A DNA stretch of 64,000 nt from Candidatus Methylomirabilota bacterium (GCA_036556905.1 DATBIM010000053.1:63118-127117), one strand, 5' to 3'. Shown: positions 55,290 through 63,846, numbered from the stretch's first letter. Program-made: numbers and translations. The notes: generated by a model not told the origin, from the letters alone.

Positions 55290-57346
55290 CCGGAGGCGCG
55301 GAGGCCGCCGGCCAACTCGTACAGCCGTTCCTGGGAGCGGAGCGTGGGCGCGCCGTCGGCTCGGCGACGCTGGGAACTGCCCTCGGCGGTGATGATCCGC
55401 GCCTTCACCGTGTCAGCCAGCTGGATGGCCAGGATCTCGTCGATCTGGCGCTGCAGATCGGTGTCGAGGATCGGAAAGGCAATCTCGACCCGGTGATCGA
55501 AGTTGCGGGGCATCCAGTCCGCCGAGGCCAGCCAGTACTCGGGAATCCCGGCGTTGAGGAAGTAGAAGACCCGAGCGTGCTCCAGATACCGGTCGACGAT
55601 GGAGATGACCCGGATACGCTCGGAGAGGCCGGCCAGGCCCGGGCGCAGACAGCAGATCCCGCGGACGATGAGGTCGATCGTCACGCCGGCCTGGCTCGCC
55701 GCGTAGAGCTCGACGATGATCTCGGCGTCGACCAGGCTGTTCATCTTGGCCACGATGCGGGCGGGCCGCCCATTCCGCGCATGCTCGGCCTCACGGCGGA
55801 TGCGGGCCACCAGGCCCTCCCGCAGCGCGATCGGGGCCACCATCAGGTGGTGGAACAGGCGGGGGCGCGTGTAGCCGGTGAGCAGGTTGAAGAGCTCGGT
55901 GAGGTCCTCGCCAATCGTCTCCCGACAGGTCAGCAGCCCGAGATCGCTGTAGATGCCGCTCGTGCGGAGGTTGTAATTACCGGTGGCCAGGTGACAGTAA
56001 CGGCGGAGCCCATCATGCTCCTGCCGGACCACCAGGCAGGCTTTGCAGTGCGTCTTGTAGCCCACCAGCCCATAGACCACGTGCGCGCCGACCTCCTCCA
56101 GCGCCCGCGCCCATCGGATGTTCGCCTCCTCGTCGAAGCGCGCCTGCAGCTCGACGAGCACCGCGACCTCCTTGCCCTGCTCGGCGGCCAGGGTAAGCGC
56201 CTGGGCGATGGGCGAGGTCGGGCTCACCCGGTAGAGCGTCATCTTGATGGCGAGGACCTTGGGATCCAGGGCCGCCTCTCGGACGAAGCGGGTCACGACC
56301 TCGAAGGAGTGGTAGGGGTGGTGGATCAGGATGTCGCCGGCCCGGATGGCGCCCCAGATGTCGGGGGCGGCCTCGAGGGCGGGCAGGGGGTGGGGCGGCT
56401 GCGGGACATCCTTCAGCCGCGGCAGGTCCACCGCGGCGTAGAGCTGAAAGAGATCGGAGAAGGCCGTGAAGCCCTGACCGGCGAACAGATCGTCCCGGGT
56501 CAGCTCCAGCTCTTCCACGAGCGTGGCCAGGATGGCCGGCGGCAGATCGGGCTCGTACTGCAGGCGGACCGCGGTGCCCATGCGCCGTTCGCGCAGGCTC
56601 TCCTCCACGCTGGTGAGCAGACTGTCGGCCCGGGCCCGCGGGAGCTGCAGGTCGCCATCGCGGGTCACCCGAATGGCCTGGCAGGCCACGATCTGATAGC
56701 CGTGATAGAGCCGCGACAGGTGCAGCCGGATGACGTCCTCGAGGAGCATGAAGGCGTACTGCCCCGGCGGGGCCGGCACGGCCACGAACCGCGGCACCCC
56801 CGTGGGGATGTGGACCACGGCGAGGGTTGTGTGGGGCAAGGGCGAAGGCTCGGCCGGCTGCATCGACGCGACGAGGCAGAGGGCGCGATTGCCCAGGTGC
56901 GGGAAGGGATGGCCGGGATCGATGGCCAGCGGCGTCACCACGGGGAGCAGCGTCTGCCGAAAATACGTTTCCAGAAACTGCTCCTGTTCCGCGGTGAGGT
57001 CTTTGGCCCGAAGCAGGCTCACGCCCTCCAGGGCCAGCAGCGGCTGCAGCTCGTCGAGGAAGCAGCGGTGCTGCTCCTCCACCAGCGTGTGCACCCGGGC
57101 CGAGACGGCAGCCAGCGTCTCCGCTGGAGTGAGACCGTCGGGACCGGAGGCGGTCTCGCCGGCGTGGATCAGGCGCTTGAGAGAGGCCACCCGGACCATG
57201 AAGAACTCGTCGAGGTTCGCGCTGAAGATGGCCAGAAACTTCACCCGCTCGAGCAGCGGCACCCGGGGATCCTGGGCTTCTTCGAGGACCCGGCGGTTGA
57301 ACTCCAGCCAGGAGAGCTCGCGATTGACGAACTGCTCGCGACTCAT
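55286..57346 (-). CDS. ppk1: polyphosphate kinase 1
   Basis: FVNRELSWLEFNRRVLEEA...RVKFLAIFSANLDEFFMVRV, two PLD-like HKD regions, 686 aa. Confidence 0.95.
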   Translation of the reverse strand: MSREQFVNRELSWLEFNRRVLEEAQDPRVPLLERVKFLAIFSANLDEFFMVRVASLKRLIHAGETASGPDGLTPAETLAAVSARVHTLVEEQHRCFLDELQPLLALEGVSLLRAKDLTAEQEQFLETYFRQTLLPVVTPLAIDPGHPFPHLGNRALCLVASMQPAEPSPLPHTTLAVVHIPTGVPRFVAVPAPPGQYAFMLLEDVIRLHLSRLYHGYQIVACQAIRVTRDGDLQLPRARADSLLTSVEESLRERRMGTAVRLQYEPDLPPAILATLVEELELTRDDLFAGQGFTAFSDLFQLYAAVDLPRLKDVPQPPHPLPALEAAPDIWGAIRAGDILIHHPYHSFEVVTRFVREAALDPKVLAIKMTLYRVSPTSPIAQALTLAAEQGKEVAVLVELQARFDEEANIRWARALEEVGAHVVYGLVGYKTHCKACLVVRQEHDGLRRYCHLATGNYNLRTSGIYSDLGLLTCRETIGEDLTELFNLLTGYTRPRLFHHLMVAPIALREGLVARIRREAEHARNGRPARIVAKMNSLVDAEIIVELYAASQAGVTIDLIVRGICCLRPGLAGLSERIRVISIVDRYLEHARVFYFLNAGIPEYWLASADWMPRNFDHRVEIAFPILDTDLQRQIDEILAIQLADTVKARIITAEGSSQRRRADGAPTLRSQERLYELAGGLRASG

Positions 57347-58257
57347 GAGACGGGCGCTCGCCCCGCCGCGACCAGGAGCAGGCCGTCGCGGACGCCGCGC
57401 ATGCAGACGGTGAGGGCGGGATAGTCTCCGGAGAGCATCAGCTCCTCGACGATCAGCGCGCCGGCCACGATGATGTCGGCGCGCTCGGCCTTGAGGCCAG
57501 GCACCCGCCGCCGCTTGCGCAGGGGCAGGGCTTCGAGCCGGGCCCGGATCCGGGTGATGTCGTGCCGGCTGAGCCTGAGACCGTGACGCTCCCGGCGATG
57601 CCGACCGCTGAGGTGGATCGCCGCCAGGGCCCGCACGGTGCCGCCAAGCCCGACCAGGGTGGACCCCGGCTCCACGGGCGGTGACGCGGCGGCGAGCTGC
57701 TGACGGATCTCGTCGCGCAGCCTGGTGAGCTCTTGCCGGCGGGGCGGGTCATGGCGGAGAAAACGTCTCGTCGTGCGGACGACCCCCAGGGGGAAGCTGA
57801 CGGCGGCGTGGGGAAGGCCGTCCCGCACGTGGGTGAGCTGCAGGCTGCCCCCGCCGAGATCCATGACGACTCCGGCCCGGAAGCGCAGGCTCTCGAGCGC
57901 TGCCAGCGCCCCGAGGCGGGCTTCTTCGCAGCCGCTGAGCACGGCGACTTCCACACCGTGGCGGCGGCGTAGCGGCTCGAGCAGCCGATCCCGATTGCCC
58001 GCGTCGCGCACCGCCGAGGTCGCAATCGCCAGAACGCGGAGGGGCTGCCCGTTGCGCACCACGCGCAGGAAGCGGCGCACGGCGTCGAGCGTGTCGGCGA
58101 TCGCTTGCCGCGGCAAGCGGCCGGATCGGCCACCGCCGAGCCGGGTCTGGGCTCGCGCCTCGCGCAATATGCGTATGTGGCGGCCGGGACCGAGCTCGGC
58201 GAGCAGAAGCCGGACGGCGTTGGAGCCTAGGTCGACGAGCGCGACCTGCCCGGGCAT
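57343..58257 (-). CDS. ppx: Ppx/GppA family exopolyphosphatase
   Basis: VALVDLGSNAVRLLL, DLGGGS. ATGA overlaps ppk1. An alternative TTG start is at 58293. Confidence 0.9.
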   Translation of the reverse strand: MPGQVALVDLGSNAVRLLLAELGPGRHIRILREARAQTRLGGGRSGRLPRQAIADTLDAVRRFLRVVRNGQPLRVLAIATSAVRDAGNRDRLLEPLRRRHGVEVAVLSGCEEARLGALAALESLRFRAGVVMDLGGGSLQLTHVRDGLPHAAVSFPLGVVRTTRRFLRHDPPRRQELTRLRDEIRQQLAAASPPVEPGSTLVGLGGTVRALAAIHLSGRHRRERHGLRLSRHDITRIRARLEALPLRKRRRVPGLKAERADIIVAGALIVEELMLSGDYPALTVCMRGVRDGLLLVAAGRAPVS

Positions 58258-58317
58258 GCCCCTGAGTGTCGGAGCCGGCTCGGGGGCGGTCAAATCACAA
58301 AGCTGTTACAGCCTTGA

Positions 58318-58356
58318 TATCCACCGCTATCCACAGGCTTATGCGCAGCTATCCCC
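58318..58356. promoter_or_regulatory. phased direct repeats TATCCAC / TATCCAC / TATCCCC in the ppx-PHP divergent control region
   Basis: Copies start at 58318, 58328 and 58350 (offsets of 10 and 22 bp). They sit inside the most AT-rich intergenic stretch of the window (58294..58517). Confidence 0.35.
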
Positions 58357-58517
58357 AGCAACACAATATTTGCGGTGTCGTAATGCTGGAGTAACAAGAT
58401 ATTGTGGTACAGTGCCGCAGAATACAGCTCAAACGGATTGCGCGTTGAATAGCAAAGAGTTGGGTCCGGTGAATTGCGGTGGAGGACCGTGGAAAGAAGC
58501 ATGAGAGGAGGCGCCGG

Positions 58518-59300
58518 TTGAGGCGGATCGATACCCATACGCACCCCAAGATGTCCAAACACTTTCTCTTCGACTCCCGATCGCTCGATCGTATGGAACA
58601 GATGGCGCTCAAGATCGGGCTCGACGGCGTGGCGGTGACCGAGCACTTCCACGGCGTGGGCTTCTGGACGATCTACGATCACTTGCAGGCGACCCATCCG
58701 TACGAATACGGGTTGTTCTGGACGGGCCGACTGGCCTTGATCCCCGGGGCCGAGATCAACATCCGGGAAGGCGCCCACATCATCGTGCTCGGCGATGTGA
58801 GTGAGCTGCGTCGGCTCGACCGGGCGTTTCCGACTCCCCTGTCCCACGGCTATGAGCCAACGCTTCGGGAGTTTCTCGACGTCACCGACGACTTCGACGT
58901 CGTGCGGGTGGGCGCCCACATGTTTCGTCTCGGCAAAGAGCTGGGGAAATTCACCGCTGCCGACCTGCGGCGACTGCACGCGTTGGAGGTCAATGGCAAG
59001 GACTTCGGCACCGAAGTGATGTTGCTCGCCCAAGCGCGCGCCCTCGGCCTGCCCATCGTCGCGGGAAGCGACGCTCACCACTGGCTCCAGCTCGGCGTCC
59101 GCCACACACTCGTCCACACCGACGAGCTCACTCTGCGCTCCGTGCTCAAGGGAGTGAGAGAGGGCTTGACGGGGTTTGCGACGCGCCCCTATACTCCGCC
59201 CCGCGTCAAGGCCGCCAAGACCCTGAAAACTATTACGAAAATGTTACGAAAGTATTACGGCGGTCGCGCGGTGTCGGCAGCCACGTCGCTCGGCCGGTAG
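58518..59300 (+). CDS. PHP domain phosphoesterase
   Basis: The TTG at 58518 lies 6 nt after GAGAGGAGG. RIDTHTH metal motif, TEH, and GSDAHH. The ORF start GTG at 58479 is an alternative. Confidence 0.85.
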   Translation: MRRIDTHTHPKMSKHFLFDSRSLDRMEQMALKIGLDGVAVTEHFHGVGFWTIYDHLQATHPYEYGLFWTGRLALIPGAEINIREGAHIIVLGDVSELRRLDRAFPTPLSHGYEPTLREFLDVTDDFDVVRVGAHMFRLGKELGKFTAADLRRLHALEVNGKDFGTEVMLLAQARALGLPIVAGSDAHHWLQLGVRHTLVHTDELTLRSVLKGVREGLTGFATRPYTPPRVKAAKTLKTITKMLRKYYGGRAVSAATSLGR

Positions 59301-59380
59301 CAAAGCCGACGCACTGATCCCGAGCGCATCGCCGGCGGGTCCTCCGTCGGGCGACGGCCTGCGCCATCGGCGCTAGGCGG

Positions 59381-59704
59381 GTGGAGGGACGGGTGACAGG
59401 CGGCATTCCAGTGCGGTTCCGCGGGCGAGCCCGCCGGGACGCTGCAGCGTTCTACCTCTCGCAGCTCGCCAAGGGAGTTCTGTCGGGAGAGTTGGCGGTG
59501 GTGTCGGGTGAACAGGCCACATCGCTGGTAACCACCGAGTATCTGCTGCTGGACATCGAGGTGAAACAGAAGAAGCGGGCGAACCACGTCGCGATGAAGC
59601 TCCGCTGGCCGCGCCGGCCGCTCATTCGGGCTGGCGGAAAGTTTCGCTCGTCTGAGGCGGCCGCCGGGAACACTCACGAAGGGGGAGGGGATGGGGAATC
59701 GTGA
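59381..59704 (+). CDS. amphi-Trp domain protein 1 (divergent, basic)
   Basis: Ends the domain with HVAMKLRWPRR, parallel to KIEIAIAWKR and KIELQIGWKR in the next two genes. GC3 is about 76%. The start is uncertain. Confidence 0.6.
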   Translation: MEGRVTGGIPVRFRGRARRDAAAFYLSQLAKGVLSGELAVVSGEQATSLVTTEYLLLDIEVKQKKRANHVAMKLRWPRRPLIRAGGKFRSSEAAAGNTHEGGGDGES

Positions 59705-59942
59705 CGCGTTCGAGTTCGAGGGCATGGCGACACCGGGCGAGGCGGCCGACGCGCTGAACAGGATCGCCGAGGGGATCCGGGCCCGGTCGCTGTCGCTCTC
59801 CATGGGGGACGACGACATCGTGGTCTATCCCGACGGGGATCTATCGATGGAGATCGAGGCCAGCGACAAGAAGGGCAAGGCCAAGATCGAGATCGCCATC
59901 GCCTGGAAGCGCCGCTCACAGGGTGATGACGAGGACGAGTGA
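59691..59942 (+). CDS. amphi-Trp domain protein 2 (acidic C-terminal tail DDEDE)
   Basis: 83 aa. A 70-residue gapless alignment with protein 3 (DAFEFEGMATPGEA... versus DRFEFARIASPEEV..., ...GKAKIEIAIAWKR versus ...RKGKIELQIGWKR). Confidence 0.8.
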   Translation: MGNRDAFEFEGMATPGEAADALNRIAEGIRARSLSLSMGDDDIVVYPDGDLSMEIEASDKKGKAKIEIAIAWKRRSQGDDEDE

Positions 59943-59958
59943 GCGCTGAGGAGGAGCC

Positions 59959-60291
59959 ATGGCCAAGGATCGCTTCGAATTCGCCCGTATCGCCTCCCCG
60001 GAGGAGGTCGCCGAATACCTCACCTCCCTGGCCGTCGGGCTCAAGCGCGGCGACGTGAGCCTGGAGTCTGGAGACCGGAGTTTGCGGCTCAATCCCGGCT
60101 CCGAGGTGAAGCTCGAGTTGAAGGTCGGCCAGAAGGACCGCAAGGGCAAGATCGAGCTTCAGATCGGCTGGAAACGGCCGGCCGGCGCCCGCGCGGGCGA
60201 CCTGCGGGTCGCTGTCGGCCCGCGCCCGACAGAATCACGCCCGACAGAACCCAGCCCGCCGTCTCGGCGCCCCGCCCGCCGCACCGCCTAG
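59959..60291 (+). CDS. amphi-Trp domain protein 3 (Pro/Arg-rich C-terminal tail)
   Basis: ATG follows GAGGAGGAG. Paralogue of protein 2, with a 40-aa tail ...PRPTESRPTEPSPPSRRPARRTA. Confidence 0.8.
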   Translation: MAKDRFEFARIASPEEVAEYLTSLAVGLKRGDVSLESGDRSLRLNPGSEVKLELKVGQKDRKGKIELQIGWKRPAGARAGDLRVAVGPRPTESRPTEPSPPSRRPARRTA

Positions 60292-60308
60292 ACAGCGGTT
60301 GCCGGACG

Positions 60309-61922
60309 ATGGGTACCGTCCTGTTCGAGGACCTCGGGTCGGATCTCGCCCGCATGGCGAGGCTGGTGCAGTCGCAGCTCGTCGCCGCGATGACCGCCTT
60401 CTTCCGGCGCGACACCGCCCTGGCCGGCAAGGTGATCGGCAAGGACGATCACGTCGACAATCTCTTCGGCTTCATCGAGGAAAAGTGCTTCGAGCGCATC
60501 GCCGGCGAGCCCCCGGATAGCGCGCGATCGCGACGGCTGCGGGGCGTCTTCCGGGCGGCCCTGAGCCTCGAGAAGCTGGGCGACTACGCCGTGAGCATCG
60601 CCGAGCAGGCGGTGCACGCCTCCCGCCTGCCGCCGCGGCCGGCGCCCTTCGACCTGACCGGCCCCACGCGGGTGGCCCTGGCCGCCCTCGACGAGGTCAT
60701 CACCGCCTTCACTGACGCCAGCGCCGAGAAAGCCAAGCACGCCTGTCGTTGCGAGGTGGAGCTCGATCGGCAGTACCGGACGGCCCTGGCCGAAGCCTTT
60801 CAGCGGCTCGGCCGCGGTGAGGATCCGGCGTTCGTCGTCACCCATCTCTTCGTCGCGAAATTTCTCGAGCGGGTCGGTGACTCCATCCTGAACATCGGCG
60901 AGACCACGCTCTTCATTCTCACCGGCCAGCGACTCAAGCTCCACCAATACCTGCATCTCGAGGAGATGGTGGGCCCGGTAATCGCGACCCCCCAGGACCC
61001 GGTCGCCCTCGACGTCCGCCACATCTGGGGCGGCATCAGCGGCGCGCTGGTCAGTCGCCTGTCAGTGGCCGGGAGCAGCCCGCTCATCTGGAAGGAGGGG
61101 AGCGAGGGGAAGATCGACGAGGAGATCCGCCAGCTGCGGGAGTGGGACCGCATCGTGCCCGGCGTCGTGCCTGCGGTCAAGGCGGAGTATCACCACGAGG
61201 GCCGCGAGTCGTTCCTGGGACAGTTCCTGGACGGCATCCTGCTCCGTGACATCTACCTCACGCGGCCCTGGAAAGACAAGCTGCGGGCCACCCGGGCCCT
61301 GCTGGAAACGGTCCGCGACGTGTGGCTGGCCACCGTGCGCGAGGAACGCCCTCGCGTGGACTACGTCCACCAGATTCGCGAGCGCCTGCCCGAGCTCTAC
61401 ACGATGCACCCCGAGCTGGCCGCGCTCCGCGGCGGCGAGACGCGGATCTTCGGCATCGCGCATCCCTCGCTGGAGGTGCTGCTGGAGCACATGAGCCAGG
61501 CCGAGGCCGACCTGGCCCCTCCCGTCACCGTCCGCGTGCACGGGGACTTCAACACCAATAACCTCGTGTGGAACGAGCACGACGAGCGTGTGCACTTCAT
61601 CGACGTCCACCGCAGCGGGGATGGCGACTATCTTCAAGATATTGGGGTGTTGCTGATGTCCAACACCCGTACCCCGATCGAGGACCCGCGTGTAGTCGGT
61701 GAGCTCGAGCGGGTGAACCGGCTGGTGGAGGACTTCGCCGGCGAGTTTGCCCGGCGGATTGGCGATGAGTGGTACGGCGCGCGGCTCACGCTCTCCCAGG
61801 CGCGATCCCACATCACGTCGGCGCGGCTCGTGACCGATCCCGCGTTTGCCCGTGATCTCTATCTCAAGGGCGTGCGGCTGCTCGAGCGGGCCGTCGAGCT
61901 GGGTGGATGCGTGTCGCGGTGA
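60309..61922 (+). CDS. PhoU-domain / aminoglycoside-phosphotransferase-like kinase fusion protein
   Basis: The N-terminal 210 aa or so hold two PhoU repeats (DDHVDNLF..., KLGDYAVSIAEQA, EVELDRQYR, ERVGDSILNIGE). The C-terminus has the kinase catalytic loop VHGDFNTNNLVW and the metal-binding FIDVHRSGDGDYLQDIG. Confidence 0.85.
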   Translation: MGTVLFEDLGSDLARMARLVQSQLVAAMTAFFRRDTALAGKVIGKDDHVDNLFGFIEEKCFERIAGEPPDSARSRRLRGVFRAALSLEKLGDYAVSIAEQAVHASRLPPRPAPFDLTGPTRVALAALDEVITAFTDASAEKAKHACRCEVELDRQYRTALAEAFQRLGRGEDPAFVVTHLFVAKFLERVGDSILNIGETTLFILTGQRLKLHQYLHLEEMVGPVIATPQDPVALDVRHIWGGISGALVSRLSVAGSSPLIWKEGSEGKIDEEIRQLREWDRIVPGVVPAVKAEYHHEGRESFLGQFLDGILLRDIYLTRPWKDKLRATRALLETVRDVWLATVREERPRVDYVHQIRERLPELYTMHPELAALRGGETRIFGIAHPSLEVLLEHMSQAEADLAPPVTVRVHGDFNTNNLVWNEHDERVHFIDVHRSGDGDYLQDIGVLLMSNTRTPIEDPRVVGELERVNRLVEDFAGEFARRIGDEWYGARLTLSQARSHITSARLVTDPAFARDLYLKGVRLLERAVELGGCVSR

Positions 61923-62800
61923 TCGGCGTGCCGGGAGCCTGGTCGACCGAGCGGTTGGCCAGCGCGCTCGGGCAGGCCGGCGCCGACCCGCTGGTGGTGG
62001 ATCTCGCCGCCTGCAGCCTGCGCCTGCCCGATCCCCGCCTCTTCCATCAGGGCCGACCCGTCGAGGGACTGGCCGGGGCCCTGGTGAAGAAGATCGGCGA
62101 CACGGCGGAGGGGCCAGGGGTGATCCAGCGTCTCAACCTGCTCCACCACCTGGAGCGGACCGGCGTACCGGTCCTGAGCCCGCCGGGTCGGCTGGAGGTC
62201 GCCGCCAACCGCTATCGGATGACGCTGGAGCTGGCCCGGGCGGGTGTTCCCCTTCCTGACACGCTGGTGACCGAGGATCCCGCCGAGGCCGAGGCTGCGG
62301 TGGAGCGGTTCGGGGCGGCCGTGGTGAAGCCGCTCTACACCTCCAAGGGCCGGGGGATGCAGCGGGTGGATCCCAGCCTCGATCTCCGGGCCTTCTTCGC
62401 GCGCTGGCGACACGAGACCGGTCCCATCTATCTCCAGCGCTTCATCAAGCATCCCGGCCGTGACCTCGGACTCGCCGTGCTCGAGGGCAAGTGCCTGGGG
62501 GCGTACTGGCGGGTTGCCCGTGACGATCAATGGATGACGACGATCCATTCGGGGGGCCGTTACGAGGCTGCGGAGCCGGGATCCGAAGCCATTGAGATCG
62601 CGCTCCGGGCGGCCGGGCACTTCGGCCTCCTCTTCACCGGCGTCGATCTGATGGAGACGCCCGAGGGCGGCTGGGTGGTGCTGGAGGTGAGCGCCTTCGG
62701 CGGGTTCCGCGGGCTCCTCGCGGCGCACGGAATCGACGCGGCGCCGGCTCTGGCGGGGGCTGCGCTCAACCGCTTCGGGCGCCGCCGCCCCTCGCCGTGA
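61907..62800 (+). CDS. RimK-like ATP-grasp ligase (GAK-system type)
   Basis: VVKPLYTSKGRGM, IYLQRFI, and GVDLMETPEGGWVVLEVSAFGGF. 16-nt overlap with the upstream gene. Confidence 0.9.
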   Translation: MRVAVIGVPGAWSTERLASALGQAGADPLVVDLAACSLRLPDPRLFHQGRPVEGLAGALVKKIGDTAEGPGVIQRLNLLHHLERTGVPVLSPPGRLEVAANRYRMTLELARAGVPLPDTLVTEDPAEAEAAVERFGAAVVKPLYTSKGRGMQRVDPSLDLRAFFARWRHETGPIYLQRFIKHPGRDLGLAVLEGKCLGAYWRVARDDQWMTTIHSGGRYEAAEPGSEAIEIALRAAGHFGLLFTGVDLMETPEGGWVVLEVSAFGGFRGLLAAHGIDAAPALAGAALNRFGRRRPSP

Positions 62801-63846
62801 CCGACCTCCACGCGCTCGGCCGCGGGGTGCCGACGCCCTACGTGCTCTCGCTCCGCTTCGTCGACGTTCCCCTGCGGGTTCGCACCAACGATGCCGACGT
62901 ATGGGCGAGTCTCGGACACTACTTCGAGCCCTGGGTGACGCCGGGCGATGCTGCTCCGGTGGCGGTGGTGACCCTCGTCCAGGGTCATCCGCGCCCGGAG
63001 GGAACGTTCGCCGACGTGGCCCGCCGCGACGGGAAGGCGGTGAAGGAAGCGGTGCGGCTCGAACCGCACGGGCGGCTCATCCTCAAGCGTCGCACCGGAG
63101 TGCTCATGGGGCTCGCGCCGGGTCGTGCCGTCGCCGTGGGGGACCTCCGGGCCAACCTGAATCAGGCGATCAACCTGGTCAACGCCTGTTACGCCAAGGC
63201 CGTGGTCGAGCGCGGCTACCTGCTGCTTCACGCCTCGGCGGTGGCGAAGGGCCAGGATGTCGTGGCCCTGGCCGGGGTGCCCGGCGCCGGCAAGTCTACG
63301 GCGGCGCTCCACCTCGTCGAGGCCGGCTTTCGCTTCGTGTCCAATGACCGCCTGCTCGTCCGCGCGACCCCCGGGGGCGTCGACGCGTTGGGCTACCCCA
63401 AGCAGCCGCGGGTCAACCCGGGAACCGTGCTTCACCATCCCCGGCTCGCGGCGCGACTCAAGCCCGAGGAGCGGCAGGCGCTGGCCGCGATGGAACCGGC
63501 GTCGCTCTGGGGCCTCGAGCGGAAATGCGACGTCGATCTCGATGCGCTCTACGGGCGGGGGACAGTGGTGTTGCGCGGCAGGCTGCGGGTCCTCGTGCTC
63601 CTGCGCTGGAGGCTGGGCGGCGACGGTTTCGCGGTGCGGCCGATCGCCGGCGCCGCCGCCCTGAGCCAGCTCGACCTCTTCGCCAAGGACCTTGGCGTGT
63701 TCGATCTGGACCAGGCGCCCGGCGCTCCCCGTGACGCGGAGGCCTCGGCCAGGTACGCGAGGCTACTCGACTGCCTGCACGTGCTCGACGTGACGGGCCG
63801 ACCCGATTTCCCGGCCCTGGTGGGCGTCGTGCGCGGATTGCTGTAA
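62797..63846 (+). CDS. HprK-related P-loop kinase (kinase B type)
   Basis: LLLHASAV followed by the P-loop LAGVPGAGKSTAAL and FVSNDRLLV, as in the HprK/P C-terminal domain. GTGA overlaps the ATP-grasp stop. Confidence 0.85.
   Translation: MTDLHALGRGVPTPYVLSLRFVDVPLRVRTNDADVWASLGHYFEPWVTPGDAAPVAVVTLVQGHPRPEGTFADVARRDGKAVKEAVRLEPHGRLILKRRTGVLMGLAPGRAVAVGDLRANLNQAINLVNACYAKAVVERGYLLLHASAVAKGQDVVALAGVPGAGKSTAALHLVEAGFRFVSNDRLLVRATPGGVDALGYPKQPRVNPGTVLHHPRLAARLKPEERQALAAMEPASLWGLERKCDVDLDALYGRGTVVLRGRLRVLVLLRWRLGGDGFAVRPIAGAAALSQLDLFAKDLGVFDLDQAPGAPRDAEASARYARLLDCLHVLDVTGRPDFPALVGVVRGLL

Noticed and set aside
58300-58400. GTAACA/TGTTAC hexamers here, as a possible link to the CGTAACA repeats at 51617..51634.
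   Set aside because: My rough estimate is about 10 chance occurrences of this hexamer in 64 kb on both strands at this base composition. The copies here are about 85 bp apart and not phased.
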